Assembly (NCBI GenBank): GCA_043228905.1
Contig: JBHGNT010000011.1
Location: 11,222,001-11,286,000, forward strand
Source: Azolla caroliniana
Lineage: Eukaryota > Plantae > Polypodiophyta
DNA: 64,000 nucleotides
Direction: 5' to 3'
The position numbers were made by a program, and so were the translations under genes. The notes under the pieces are model-generated. The model searched no databases. It saw only the letters and a program-made list of their open reading frames with translations, and was not told where the DNA came from. This document shows, piece by piece, positions 12,701 to 26,333 of the stretch; the stretch's first letter is position 1; every line of letters begins with the position of its first letter.

Positions 12701-15700
12701 ACTGTCAAGAGTAGCTACCTACATGCCAATGATCAAAAGTTTTCACATGGCTACTAAAAGTATTGGCCTATTAAGAGGAAGTCTGGTGTATGCTATACTA
12801 GATGCATCATGATATTTGTAAAATATGTTCACACTTTATGAATAATCTCCTCAACCACCATATACAAATTGCATAGTTTAAAATATGATCCACTTCGAAT
12901 GGAATGTCTCAGATATCTTTCCCTATATAGCAGGGCTTTGATCAAAAGTTTTCACATGGCTACTAAAAGTCTTGGCCTATTAAGAGGAAGTCTGGTGTAT
13001 GCTATACTAGATGCATCATGATATTTGTAAAATATGTTCACATTTTATGAATAATCTCCTCAACCACCATATACAAATTGCATTGTTTAAAATATGATCC
13101 ACTTCGAATGGAATGTCTCAGATATCTTTCCCTATATAGCAGGGCTATAGGAACCCATAACCTTCAAGGCTATTTATTCCTTGGAGATCTTCCCAAAGTT
13201 TCACATGCAGTTCTGCAAACAGAGTTTATCTCGATGACACGTCAATATATTAGACTACCTCAGAAACATCAAAAAACACAGATCAAGAGCATACCAGATT
13301 CATAGATCGGGGTAATCGAAGCAATCCAGGTGGTCTATTTATAGAAGAACTTCTTTTTGTGTCATTATACCATATTGTCACATCAAAATTTTGCAAGGAA
13401 GTACTTCCAAAGTCATATGCTGTTCCAATTTAAATGTCCAAAAGCTTTATTTTATGATTTAAATAAGTAAAGCTTCATTCTTGGTTCACTAATTTTTTTC
13501 CAGAGCTGTGGGGTCAACAAGGTATACCTGCTGTTATTTCATTGATCATGTTTGCTGGATTTCCATTGAAATATCCTTGGTAAAGCTCTCGATTTATGCT
13601 AGTTGAGTTGTCACGCCACAACAACAATGTTTCCACACAACTGTAATCTGAGATAGTATATAATGTAATCCGAGTATTTCTTTTTCTGATGGATTAATTA
13701 CGATTATATAAAAAAAATTGCATCCACCAAATCTCCAAATTAAAGATTTCAATTGTGGTTGACTAAGCAAAAGATATATTGACATCTCTAAGAGGCAATT
13801 AGAACCAAGAAAAGATGCATCTTACAATGCTTTCCCCTCCTGAAGATTGATGAAAGAAAGATATATTGACATCTTTTAAGAGACCAAAATGGCCTATATG
13901 ACCAAATGAAAGATTACATCTTAACTGTTGTCTCATCTTTGAGAGCAACAAAAAAAAATGTTACTAAGTAAACCAATATAAACACTAGCAAGTAAAAAAT
14001 TAAATAAGATAAAACGTGACTAAAGAATCTTGTGATCAGTATATGTAAGATTCTCAAGTCAGATATATTGTAATGTTTTTCTTTGAAATATCTTAAGCAT
14101 TGGTTGATCTAGAATTGAGGGGTTGTTAGCCGGCCGGCAAGGGAAGTCCAGAATGGGAAACGGGGGATAATTAATAACGGGGAGCTGATTATATATATAT
14201 ATATAGAATTATTATGATTTGAGAAGCGAACGGACGGACCCGGAATCGGTATGCTGATCCGGATCCGGACCGGTTCGTAGCCGGTTGCCGGTTGGCACTG
14301 GTTTGTACCTAGAGCCGGAGACCTATAAAAGGGCCTGGTTAAATTGTAATCATTAGCGGATAATTAATAGAGTGTTGTTGTTCTGTATCTTAATCATTGT
14401 TAATTACCGTTCTGTGCTAAGTGTAAGTTATCCTACGCGTGTATTGTGACTAATGATCTTGCCGCTTAGTAACCAATTAGGGTTCCATTAATAGTCGGTC
14501 TAAATTTATCTCACCGCAACACCCCTTTGGTGAAGTGTCTCAAGGGGACACTCTGTGTTAGGCCATTGTCCGGCCCTAGCTATAACAGGGGTCTCCAAAG
14601 CGAGGGAAGCACCTTAGATGGCAGGAGATAATGGCTTTTATCCGTCAATGACAGGTGATAAGATCATGGTCCACAAGGCCGGGGCCTACACGGACAGAAA
14701 ATTGTTATTGCCCAATCAATTGTAACCCCTTTGCTGTCCTGTTTGGGAACCCATTTGTGTAGCCCTCGATTGACTTGTAGCATGAGTAAGAGTGATGGGC
14801 TAAAGAAAGTTGTGATTGCCTTTTTTTAATGAGCTTGTGTGGCTGTATTATTTTCCAACAACTTTTCCCTGTGTCGTAGCAAGAAAAACTCAAGCACATT
14901 GGTCCTCATATTACAATACCTTGCGTATTAAGCCAAAGCCTTGATTAACGAGGCAATGATATCTCCCTCTTATTTCATAAAAAACACTACAGCAATAAAC
15001 ATAGTGTTCTTCAAATTTCACTCCCTGCTAACACAAATGGTAAATTCTCTCTTCTATGGATGTTCATGCATATCTACCTATCTCAATCTCTAACTAATGT
15101 GATAAAGTTCGCAACTGCCCTATCACACTATGCAGCTATTAGGATAGATGTATGTCCATATAATATGGCTTGACAATGAACCCATCCTTCAATGTGTGTA
15201 AAAAGTGTCTTATAGGGAGGGGTCCATCTTCCTACCAAGTGATTTGACCTAGTGTATTCCAAATATAATAAATCCCATAGTTATTTGACCATAGATGTGA
15301 GTTTATGTGTGCTCAAATGAGATATGATTTTTTTCTTCAGATTATCTCCCACATAGGCTGGTTCAAATTGGAGAAATAAAAAGTTCTTAAGACAATTGTG
15401 AACAGAAATACTTATTAACACTGACTATGGAATGTATGAATGAGACGCGCAAGGAAATGGCTACAGGGACCAAGATAGAAATGCATCTCAACATCAAGAA
15501 TGTGAGAGCAACAGCTCTTCTAAATGTAACAAAGAATAATTCTAGAGGTGTGCGTCAAGAATATCAAAAGTACTGATCCCAGAGAAATATAAGCAGTTTG
15601 CTAGCCAGCACGTGAAAGAAATAGACTCATACCACACCACCTATCATGAGCATGCAAAGAGAGCCAAAGGCAGTGAACCGCAGGCACAAGATCCTCACAC

Positions 15701-18700
15701 ATACCCCAAGTAGGATCATGGCCGACACAGTCTGCCAATGTTCCCAAATGCAATCTGATATATTGTCTATTGTAACCCCTTTGTTCTGTCTTGGTAGGGA
15801 GCCTATTTGTGTGTCCCTTGATTGACTTGTAGCATTAGTAGGAGTGATGGGGCTAAAGAAAGTTGTGATTGTTCTTTGTCGATGAGCTTCCATGGTTGTA
15901 TTATTGTCCTTCAACAACTTTTCCCCATGTCTCTTGACTTCTACCAAGAAAAGTCCTAGGCATTGTTGGTCCTCGTATTCCATCACCTTGCATAGCAAGC
16001 CAAAGCCTTGTTTAAAGAGGCAATGGTATCTCCCTCTAATTTCATAAAAGACACTACAATGACAAACATAGTGTTCTCCAGATTCCACTCCTTGATGACA
16101 CAATTGGCAAATTCTTTCTTCTAGAGGTATTCATGTAATCTGCCTACCTCAATCTTTAACTGATGTGAGGATGTCCGCTTGCTGCCCTATCACACTGTGT
16201 CGTGCATAGGATAGATGGATGTCCATATAAGGTGGCCTAATGATTGGTTCATCCTCCAATGTGTGTAAGAAGTGTGTCTTACAGTGGGCCATCTTCGTAC
16301 CAAGTGAAATTATGGGACTGATCCATGTTATCATGTTTTCCAAGTTAATAATATCAGTTCGAATCACTCTATTCTTATCCACTTTGGTCATATTTAGATG
16401 GGGAGAGTCCAAGCTATATTCGAATGGGGGTAATACATTTATATTCATGCCATGTGACTCGAACCATTGCTGCATTTCAGCATACCAACAATGAATCTCC
16501 ATTTTCAGCCAGTTGTCTTGATGACATAAGTGCCAACCTTGGGTACCTTCGTTTCGGGAGCTCCCAAAGATGTTGGATACATGTCACTGATCGGAACAAT
16601 GCATCGGTGATTATTGGTGCTGCTCCCATCTCTGCCCAAATTATATCATGGGGCACCAATGCTTTGCTCCTTATCATGCGGGCAATCATTGACACTAGCA
16701 GTCTCTCTAAATCTTTCCAATGATTTGCCTTTTTAAGACTCGGTCCCCACATATCTACGCCATAGAGAAGAGTTGGTGTGATGTGTATCAAATAACCACA
16801 ACTTAGTTCGTGACTCTTGGAACTGCAAATGTGCACATTGTCTCTCGAGAGCACCAAGTGCTGCATATCCGCGAGAAAGTCAGGCACAAGCAGCCTCCCG
16901 TACGGAGAACCTAGGCCCTGTAAATGTTACTCCTAGGTATATGCAGAGAAACGAAAGCACCAAGGATTTCCTCGTTTCCCTAGGGCACTCGTCTTTCTTC
17001 AATTAGTTCCTTCGAGACATTGCTAGGTGGTATACTCCCTCATGCTGAATGATATACTACAGAGTTAACATACAGCCTTGTTTTACTACAAAACATAATA
17101 ATCTTAACGTACATAATACATATCAAAGTGCATGTTTCTTACAAGCATTCTCCCTGAAAGAAAGTGAATCCACACAGCAGCAGAATTTCTACTTTGGAGA
17201 TATAATGAAAAAGATGAATATATAAATATAATGGTATCAACCAGTAACAATCAATTGTAGGGAATTTTGATTATCATCTGGAGTTCCCAAATCTTGTAAC
17301 ATTTAATCTGTGTCCCAAACAAAGAATGGGAGAGAAAGTTTTTTTAGGAAGATAAGAGTAAAAAAGCATTTTGGTTTTGCTACTTGCATTGATGAGTTCA
17401 CATAAATAGTTTTAAATCGTTGAAAGGTCTCAGAGGCAATTGGGGTCATTTAGAAACATTAATACATCTTTCCTTCAACAAAATGCAAGGAAGAGAAAAG
17501 TTTATTAAAATGGATTCCAAAAGAGAATCCCAAGAAAATCTTACAAGAATAAGTAAGGCTTGAGCAGCTGGGTTGTAAGATATATATTTCGCGACCATTA
17601 TAAAATGCTGTCTCTAGGAAGTTGCTTGAAGGTATACCATAACGAGTTCCCTAGATGCTGCAAGGTTGTTAGTATAGCGACCCTTGAACAACAAAAAGAG
17701 GTTGGAAACATGTATGTTATTCTTGAAAAGATAAATGATTGCATAGCCTCATTTTGATTTAGAGATGAAATGATTTCTTACTGGTACTAGCTCAGCCAAT
17801 GTCAATAGCAAATCTGAAGTGTTTAATGAAGATGGGGTTGAAAAGAAACCAGATACAATCCCTGCAAAGGCGAAGAGACTCACATTCATTATTAATCTCA
17901 AGAAAATATCTCAAACATTAGTTTGAGATTTATTGATAAGTTGAATGAAAGTAATACCATCACCAATAGACTGATTTGTGCCAGTGTAAAGGAAGCTGGT
18001 GGGACAAGTTCCCCACCACCGACATGAAATATCTGGCAAGCCTGGAAACTCATCAATATGTTCATCAACTGCCCTATATGGAAATGATGGAACTTGAAGC
18101 ACTGCTGGCCAATGTGGTGGCTTTGGAATAGCACAAAAAATTGCCTGTGATGGAGTTGAATACTCTATACCACACATGTCTTTGCACACACTTGTATCAT
18201 TTGTGGGCACGCAAGAGCAGCCACATTGATGATTAGGCCCATTCAGAGCTTTGTTTATGATTACTTGGAATATGACAAGCAGTGTACATAATATTACCGG
18301 AAAACCGATCAAGCATATATTTGTGGCCATCTTACGTTTCTGTGTCAAGAAAAACAAGTAATAACAGGTGTTTCATTAGACTCTTAAAACATTCTTTTGA
18401 AGCTTCAAAATTCAAACATAACTAAAATAACGCAAGAAACAAAATTTTGCCTAGAAGGGGGCATAACTCTTACATACTTTATTAAATTTTAAATATACCA
18501 AATAATCACAAGAACATTATTTAAACTGTCAGCCCAAAAGTAGAGAAGACCCATTAATGTGTTCCAAAATTAGGGAACTTGCAATTATTTTCAGTTCTAG
18601 AAGGGGAATTAGCAATCATTAGTCACGTATCAAATAAATACTATTAATATAACCAGGATTAACCCGCTGATCATACATGCAATTAATCATATGTACCAAA

Positions 18701-21700
18701 TATGTACTATTAGCGTGTTATTTTGCCCTATGTGACATAACAAGTTACAGAACTACTTGGTTCCCTCATAAGATTTGGTCATAAAAACATAGCAGAAGTA
18801 TTCAAAAAGGTGATGCATGGTGTAGGTATAGAGATGCAATGTAATACATGATCCATAGATGTTTCTTTGCTCTTTTCTGAGAGTTTTCGATTTCTAGACA
18901 TAGTAGATGATTGCAGAGTTCAAGGATAACAAAAGCTTATCACTAATTGGCAAGAGGTCAATTATTATATACAGGATATTATCAATGAGACAGCTACTCA
19001 ATTTTTTTTGTCTAATCACATTAGGAGCTCAAACAAGGGGATGGAAGAAACAAAATAGCTGAAAGGAAGCTGGAAAATGGTCATCACTGTGACTATAATG
19101 GAAAAGGATAAGAGCTCAACACAAGAATGTCTCCACAAATGCCACGCTGCAAGTATCAAATGGAGGAGGATTATATTATAGAAATTTTTGAATTCAGATA
19201 ATACTTATCAATCATAAGTACCTATTAATAGAAATTGAAGCATCTACCCTTGGGTAACCAGGCATTTTCATGCAATACTTCCATAGGAATTTATTCGATT
19301 TCAAATGACTTTCATTCAGAGGTTTAAGCTATAAAACACCCCTATTCTTGTAGATTTGGAGGAACAACATGCATAGATTATATCCAAATAGTAATTGGGT
19401 TCAGTCGAAAAAGAGAAGGAAGGACTTTGATTGGATTAATTTCTGGTTCAACAGATTTCTGAACATTGGAAATCTTTTGAGAGGGTTCCTGGAACGCCAC
19501 AAGATAGGTTTAAACCATTCTCTACAACTTATATAGAATAATGCATTTTTCTTTCCTTCCATATCTGCTACAAACTAATCACGAGCAAATAATCCAGCTA
19601 GTAGCCCTAGGATAAGTGAAAGCAGAGTGAATTCCTTAATTGTTGCTTCGGTTATTGGGGTTCCATGTACCAGTTACACAAAACAAGGAAATGGCATTAC
19701 AACCCCTTGCTGTGTGTATAGAATACATTTCCTTGACTGACCTCCCTTTCATAATAAAAAGGAACAGCCACAATCTGAGTTACACTTTTCATGCAAAATG
19801 AGCAAAATTAAGTAAAAGAATATAACTCGGTAGAGTACTTTTACTGAATGTAAAGAGATTCATGACGCTCAAGAGTTTTTAGTTATTAATAAAGGAAATA
19901 TGCAGCATTAGATAGCACAACTGTTTTTTTCTGAAGAAAAGAGAGCTCTATATCATCATACAAAAGTCCTTCAGAATACTCATGTGAATTAATTCTAAGA
20001 GAAGTACAAAGCATACCATGTACAACAGTTGTAGCCAAAAACCTCAGCTATAACACAGAGACACTATTCAAAATAAACTACAGTTGTGTATATCACCATG
20101 TACTAATATCAAACAAGAAACCAAACAAAGAGATGACAACGCCCCAAGCTTTTGAAAAAGACTGACTTCTTTCTTCAGTCGCTGGCCAAGGAAAAACTAG
20201 CTGATGCATCCCACCGATTCTTCAGAATATTAATCACCTAAGCCCAAAACTCAAACACTGGTCAATTTTGGTGCTCTAAAGGACATGAGAACACCAATTC
20301 TCCCGACACGCCAAAGCAAAATACTAGCAACTGTGCAGAAGACTGTATCCCTGTAGTGATCCCCAGAGTCATCAAGTGCAATCAATCCTAACATCCCTGT
20401 GGAATACCTGGAAAGTGCCAAAATAAAGACAGGGTCTGAGAAATTCCCCTAGAGTATAATTGAAGAACACAGCTCTTAACTCCATATTGTAGCATTATTT
20501 GTCATCTTTGTGCAAAATTTGCAAACTATATAGACATGATCAATGTATCTTGGAACTATGCCATCACATTCTATTCTACAAAAGCTATCTATAGTCACAA
20601 TCTACAACTGAGAACACATCAAAGTGCTATCTCCATAGACTATGGAAACATCAAAGTCGACTTTTACAAACCTTATTGGCTCATTATGGGGTTTCCTAGC
20701 ATATTCACGTGTATATTATTGCCAAAAAATTTCATAAATGAGACCACAAACACACACCAAAGATCCTCTTACACTCCTAACTTATTGTGTATTTTTCTAT
20801 CGTATTCACACATACATTCTTGCATAAGAATCTGGACATTACTAATAATATAACTTCACTATATGATAAACAATGTGATTATAGATATGATTGCACAAGA
20901 ATGCATCTACATATATAATTATATTAATCCACAAAGTCATGATTATGCTCTAAAAGAAATGTGTTTTCCACGTTAACATATTAACATATATGATTGCACA
21001 CTGGCCAAAATAACACACAAAGACATGAGTATATTCCAAAAATTTGTGATTTCACATCAACATATATTATGATCACACAAAAAGTGTCTACAAAAAACCT
21101 AATTTTACATATTTCACCTCGTAGACATGATTGTATTTAAAAAATGTGATTTTTCGAGACTTTATATTTGATTAACACATGTATTATGATTGCACAAAAA
21201 CTATCTGCATAAATCATGATTTAACATATTCCATAAGATTTCGAGATTATATACAACATGAACTACGATTGACAAGAATTATGCAAAGTCATGTGATTAA
21301 CAAATCCCAAACACCTTTGATCCACATATATCCAAAACAAATATGATCCCCATATTAACTAACCTACAAATACACGGTTATAAAAGGATTTCAAATTTAA
21401 AATATCCATCACAGAAAAAACTATCCATCACAGAAAATCCATTTTGGCATATTCCAAATCAATTCAAAACTATCAACTACAAAAAATATATATGCTCTAA
21501 TGTTTTCAAGATTATATGCACGTGTGTGTGTGAATGTAGGTAGGTAGGTAGGTATATATGTTTGTGTGTACGTGAGATCAAAGTTAATATACCAAATACA
21601 TGATTCATTTATATAAAACCCGGAAAAATATCGACCTGAAGACGCAGAAGGATACGAGAGTTAAGAGCATATTCCAGAGAGTAACCTGGAAAATGACATT

Positions 21701-21763
21701 TTTTCGAAGCAGAGCGTTGGCTTGCATCCGGAAGGAAGTGGTGAGGATTCGATCCATGGCCAT
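6717..21763 (-). CDS. ABC transporter subfamily A (plant ABCA3-12/ABCA7-like), 5' portion; gene continues beyond the window start
   Basis: GT-AG exons with consistent phases: 21686-21763 (MAMDRILTTSFRMQANALLRKNVIFQ), 17958-18339 (Cys-rich CGCSC...CGIEYST...CAIPKPPHWPAVLQVP), 17782-17861, 17545-17650, 13528-13647, 13295-13419 (AYDF...VTIWYN...RLPRSMNL), 11480-11638, 8296-8458 (LVYEKQQKLRIMMKMHGL) and 6717-6842 (GLNFFKRNSYGIQ). A small extra exon near 17245-17295 is possible. The NBD exons are not in the window. Confidence 0.92.
8635..9570 (-). mobile_element. LINE 3' portion (tail, 3' UTR, ORF2 C-terminus) with a 207-bp internal tandem duplication
   Basis: (GAAA)n tail at about 8637, then 3' UTR, then QRTITTFFSPITPTNATSQSRD as in the other copies. 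Segment 8825-9031 is repeated at 9032-9238. Confidence 0.85.
9990..11390 (-). mobile_element. Diverged LINE RT fragments and 3'-end pieces
   Basis: LLYADDIVL, GVKQGCPLS, GFTTMDHI and PSHYRT motifs with many frameshifts; 3'-tail motifs at about 11015 and 11295. Confidence 0.75.
11993..12412. repeat. Tandem duplication, 208-bp period, diverged
   Basis: Units start tatcattaaa...aacagatcaaatatgcta at 11993 and 12201. Confidence 0.85.
12730..13147. repeat. Tandem duplication, 209-bp period, near-identical
   Basis: gatcaaaagttttcacatggctact...ccctatatagcagggct at 12731 and 12940. Confidence 0.95.
13765..15250 (-). mobile_element. LINE 3' portion, interrupted by a solo LTR
   Basis: Tail motifs at about 13770 and 13855. 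The 3' UTR homology resumes at 14588 after the LTR, followed by the ORF2 C-terminus (GQLRTLSH*LEIE). Confidence 0.8.
14124..14587 (+). mobile_element. Solo LTR (464 bp)
   Basis: TGTTA...TAACA ends, 5-bp TSD GGGGT (14119-14123 / 14588-14592), TATA-like cctataaaagg at about 14322. Confidence 0.9.
15765..16946 (-). mobile_element. 5'-truncated LINE copy
   Basis: Colinear and highly similar to 1-1237, and ends at the same YLGV position. Confidence 0.88.
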
Positions 21764-23310
21764 CGCAGAGAGACAAACAGACGGACGGACAGACAGAAAA
21801 TGTATGCAAACAAAAAACAAACGAGAAAATAAAGCGAAGATGAAAAATTCGTCTCCTGTTTTATCCTTTTCTGGTAAGGTTAAAAAGGGAGGGAAAAAAT
21901 AACAGAAAATTAGCTTGATTATGTTTAATTTCCAATTAATTCGTGGCCTACCCCTCGCCCCCAAGGAAACAAAACAAAACCTCTTGTTTTTTTCTGAATT
22001 GCCGAGATGCCCCTCCACTCTAATTAGTCCGTCTGTGTCCGTCACCTCGCTTGTAATTTGCTTCGGCTTCTCGTTACAAACGATTTACTTCTTGGGTGCC
22101 ACATAATGGTACATTATCGTCGTTAGCTTGTGATTGCTCTCCACAAGCTCATCAATCATCGGTCTATTACTGCCCATCATTGCGTCTTCACTGATCAGGT
22201 TATATTCAAGAACAGATTATCATTGTTACATTAATTACATCGATTTGCATTGTGTGCCTAAGTAGAGAACGGAACTTTCGTAATTCTGAAAAATCGAGAG
22301 GTATCCTCCAGAACATGGTCATTTTCTATTAATATTGTGTTTCGCATCATAAATAGACGTCAACTAAAAAGGTTAAAAGGTATGTGAAAATTGAAATGAT
22401 CATAAAAAAGAGAATGCAGAAATTTTATGAGGACTTTATAAGGTTTCATCAAAATGTTGTTAAATTTTTGGAAGTTACAAGTCCGTTCCTTTTTCACACT
22501 ACTAGTTAATAGCAATTTAACATAATCAAACAAAAATCAATGCAAAGAGCAAGTAATACCCAATCATTATACTCATCACCAATTAAACTTGTTTTTTTAT
22601 TATTTATACATGACCATTCGGATGCATTATGTATATATGTAGTTGTGTTTCCTAGCTACTTTTGATTGACATTTATAATGCATTAATTAGTTATTGCCTA
22701 CACTAAACTAGCTATCATGCTTCATGGTAAATAGTGGGGCATTAATTGATAGCTAACTACACTATTGTTTATAAATAATTATGCATCAATCCTCACCTCA
22801 CAATCACATATCTATAAAAGGTTATAAATTATAATATATATACACATTGCAACGTATCTTAAGGATTATGGGGTTATGAGTCTTCTTCAAAGAAGTTATG
22901 ATATCAAATCTTTACGATGAGTATGGAATTTTGTATTTGTGCTCATGTTCAAATCTTTGGAATAATTGTGGCATTTTGTTGATATGTCTATGATAATGAT
23001 ATACCGTCCATCTATATATTTCTTACGATTGATCTTGATAGCTCTCAAGTGAAAATCCCATGATTTTTGCAACTTAACCCCACAATTACTAACCAAATCG
23101 ATATAAGTCTACATGTAATTTGAGGCTAGCATTATTGCAAAGCTTCAAGAAATTTCGCAATGAGTCTAACGAAAATAATTATGAATGGTTGATCACACTC
23201 AAATAAAGTAACAACAAACATACATAATCAACCATCATCTTTAGAGTCTACATACGTACTCTTCCAAATGATCATAATTAAAAATAACATACTAGTAGGT
23301 ATCAAGAAAA

Positions 23311-23632
23311 TTAAGATCTTGGCTAGTAAATAAAGCTTATGTTTCTAAAAATTAGGACAATGCCTACTTTTTAATAGGAGCATAGTAGCAACTAAATGTT
23401 CTAATTAGCATAAAACATTTCCTCACAATTGCAAAAGAATAGTTATAATCTTGCGCATCATTCTTCAAGGTTTAGCCATGCACGTGCAACTTAAGATCTT
23501 GGTTAGTGAATAAAGCTTATGTGTCTCACACTTAGGACAATGCCTACTTTTCAATAAGAGCATTAGTAGCAATTAGATGTTCTCATTAGCCCAAAACATT
23601 TCATCACAATAACAAAGAAATAGTTATAATCT
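23311..23632. repeat. Tandem duplication, 180-bp period
   Basis: ttaagatcttgg(c/t)tagt...aaagcttatg...ttaggacaatgcctactttt at 23311 and 23491. Confidence 0.85.
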
Positions 23633-26333
23633 AAAGTTGTTTAGCCATTGTGATGCTTTTTTGGATAAGGGGTCATAATCTTGTGTATGTTTTTTTAATG
23701 GTTTCGCCATGTGTGTAATCTTAAGTTGTCACATGATCAAGGGGCCAACTTTGAGCAACACATCATAAGGGTATTTTTGAAAAAGAACAAAACAAACTAT
23801 TTGGAAATATGAATGTATGTAGCCGTGTTTTAGTAATTGTACTTGAGATGATATATACATGTATACATATGTGATTTATTTGCATTAAATATATGGAATA
23901 AGTATCGCTAATAAGTAAGCATATTCTTGGGTCAGACTATACAACTGCAGTTGAACGGTTCCCTATGCAATGGCTAACGGACATTGGCCATCCTTGACAA
24001 GGTGCTCAATACCTTTTGGAAGGGTCTCTAGCGTCTCCATGGGCTTGAGAAAATCAAGCTATATTGGTGGCAAATTGGCCATAACATGATACTCATTGGC
24101 GAATGGCTAGGTAAACGTGGCGACCCGATAGCTTGCCCACTCTATTCTTCACCTATTGAGACTCCTAAGGCATTGTTTGTGGGATTGCCCTCAAGCTAAG
24201 AGGGTATAGGATAGGGTGACTTGCCTCCTAATTGCTTGCAAAGTGGAAGGAACAACATCGTGCAACACAACGGCTTAGATCAATATCTCGGTTGATAGTT
24301 TGATGGATGCCTTCAATGCAAACATTTGGTGCTATGAATGCATACGAGGTAAACTCATCAAGACCCGATTTGAGAGAGGCTCGAAGACCGCATCCCATTG
24401 GTTTCGGGAGATTTGGATGTTGATCGCAAGCTTCACCTGGTTGTATGTATGAAAAGCACGTTACCTAAAGGTCTTCCAAGTTCTTGCATGCCCCTCGAAT
24501 GAACAGATCATGGATATATGGTTCACGATTATCAACTGCCTATGTGGCCAATTGGACAAGCTTTGCAGCCGCTCCAACAATGTGGTCACTACCCCTTTGC
24601 ACTTCTAGCAGAAATGGTGGAACACGTCGACGGTGACACAAGGAGGAAATGGCATGAGGTGGAACTACCAGCCCCCACAATGTTTGTTTCCTACTCACCT
24701 CCCACCCTCCCTTTGTCGTAGGCCATAGGATCCGGCTTGTACTGGCCGGTGATGAAGGGCACTAGTTTATAGCAATAAGTGTCTACTTACATTAAGTAGT
24801 CTACTTGAAAGGATATGTACGTAGTCTCATATTCTTGAACTTGGTCGGAGGGTGATTCCCCGATTTATGTATGTTAATAATTAGGTAATTAACTAATGGT
24901 TAATTAGTATCTAATTATGTGAGTAGTTAATCGCGTATGTGATTAAGCAATAGAAGGTTAAGTGATATGTGTGTGTATGTGTATGAGAGAAAGAGTGAGA
25001 GATGAGTTAGATAACCTTTCTCTATATTAATACGCATGAAAAAACAAAAATACCCACAATGAGGTATATATACATCTCATGTGCAACGATGCACATGTGT
25101 GAGGAGAATATAGGTACAAGGATATAAGTCCTATACTAAATGTACTTGGAAGTGGAGGATCTAGAATGTATCTCACTTAAGTACAAGGTCCTATTTAAGG
25201 CTTTAAGGTCAACATACTAACTAGAATTGATTTATGTAATTTAGTTATATAATTGACAAAATAACTAAACCTGGTTGAGCTTGATATCTCAACAGTGTAT
25301 AAGCCACCTTGTATAGTCTTTATGTAATAATCTATCCTAACCAATGGGAAAGTAATTTCTTTTTGGAAAAGAAGACGAAGTAAGGATATTCTAATCAAGA
25401 TGAAATATGGATTCAAACCATTTGACAAAGCATATTCGAATATGCTTAGTTAAACATGGATGCAAACCCTTTGACAAAGAAGGTGCTAATTTCAAAATTC
25501 AAAGTGGCCCATAATCTTGTGTGGGACAAATGCTCCAATAAAAAATCAACTACCTCAAAAAAACATAACTTGATAATGAATATGTAAAACCTTAAAAATT
25601 AGAAAAAACAAAATGTTATTCTTTTGTTTCAAAGTTCAAACATTCAAATCTTATGCTATTGTTTGCTTGGAAGACTCTAAATAGGGCCCTTATTTTCATG
25701 CAAACAATCATTATTTGTCATGTCAAAATGATGCACATAACTTGTGACCTGGTCCTTAATTATACCTCAATAATGTCTTTAGGAAGATCACATGATATTT
25801 ATTTATAAATCTTGCCATAGGTATAGCTTTTTGCTACATCTTCTCTCTAATTTGTTTTTCGTGGTTAACTTAGTGCCATAATATCTCTTGAACTTGCTTA
25901 ATGAATTCCTACTTGACCTACGGTTAGGGGTATCTATATGTGTGGCAATCACCATTAGTTCACCTTGACTTACATGTAGCACTCCTTGAACTCTTCATAG
26001 TGCATTGTGCCATGGTCTAGGATTGAGTGATAGTTTTTAATACATTTTGCCTTCAAACCGCCTCCATCAAGATGTCAATAATTTTACATTTACACCTTTA
26101 AAAAGCAAAAGGGACTCGACATTTAGTTGTTCCAAAATTTGTAGCCATTGATGGGATAATATCATTAAACACAATGTCATGATATTCCATCTCAGAGTTT
26201 TTATATTACAAATGCCACATTTTGTTCCATTGATGCCATTGACAAAAAACGCGGTCTTTTCTACATGGAGAGCTTTATCAAACCATAGATGTCCAAATAT
26301 CTACTCTGAAAAGACTAAATTGTCTCAAACTAA

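Noticed and set aside
17143-17156. 11-nt ABCA micro-exon (TTTCAG|GGAGAATGCTT|GTAAG on minus)
   Set aside because: It would break the phase between flanking exons and cannot be supported without RNA data.
25330-25530. Copia RNase H end remnant (ANPLTKKVLISKF)
   Set aside because: Too short and decayed to call with confidence.
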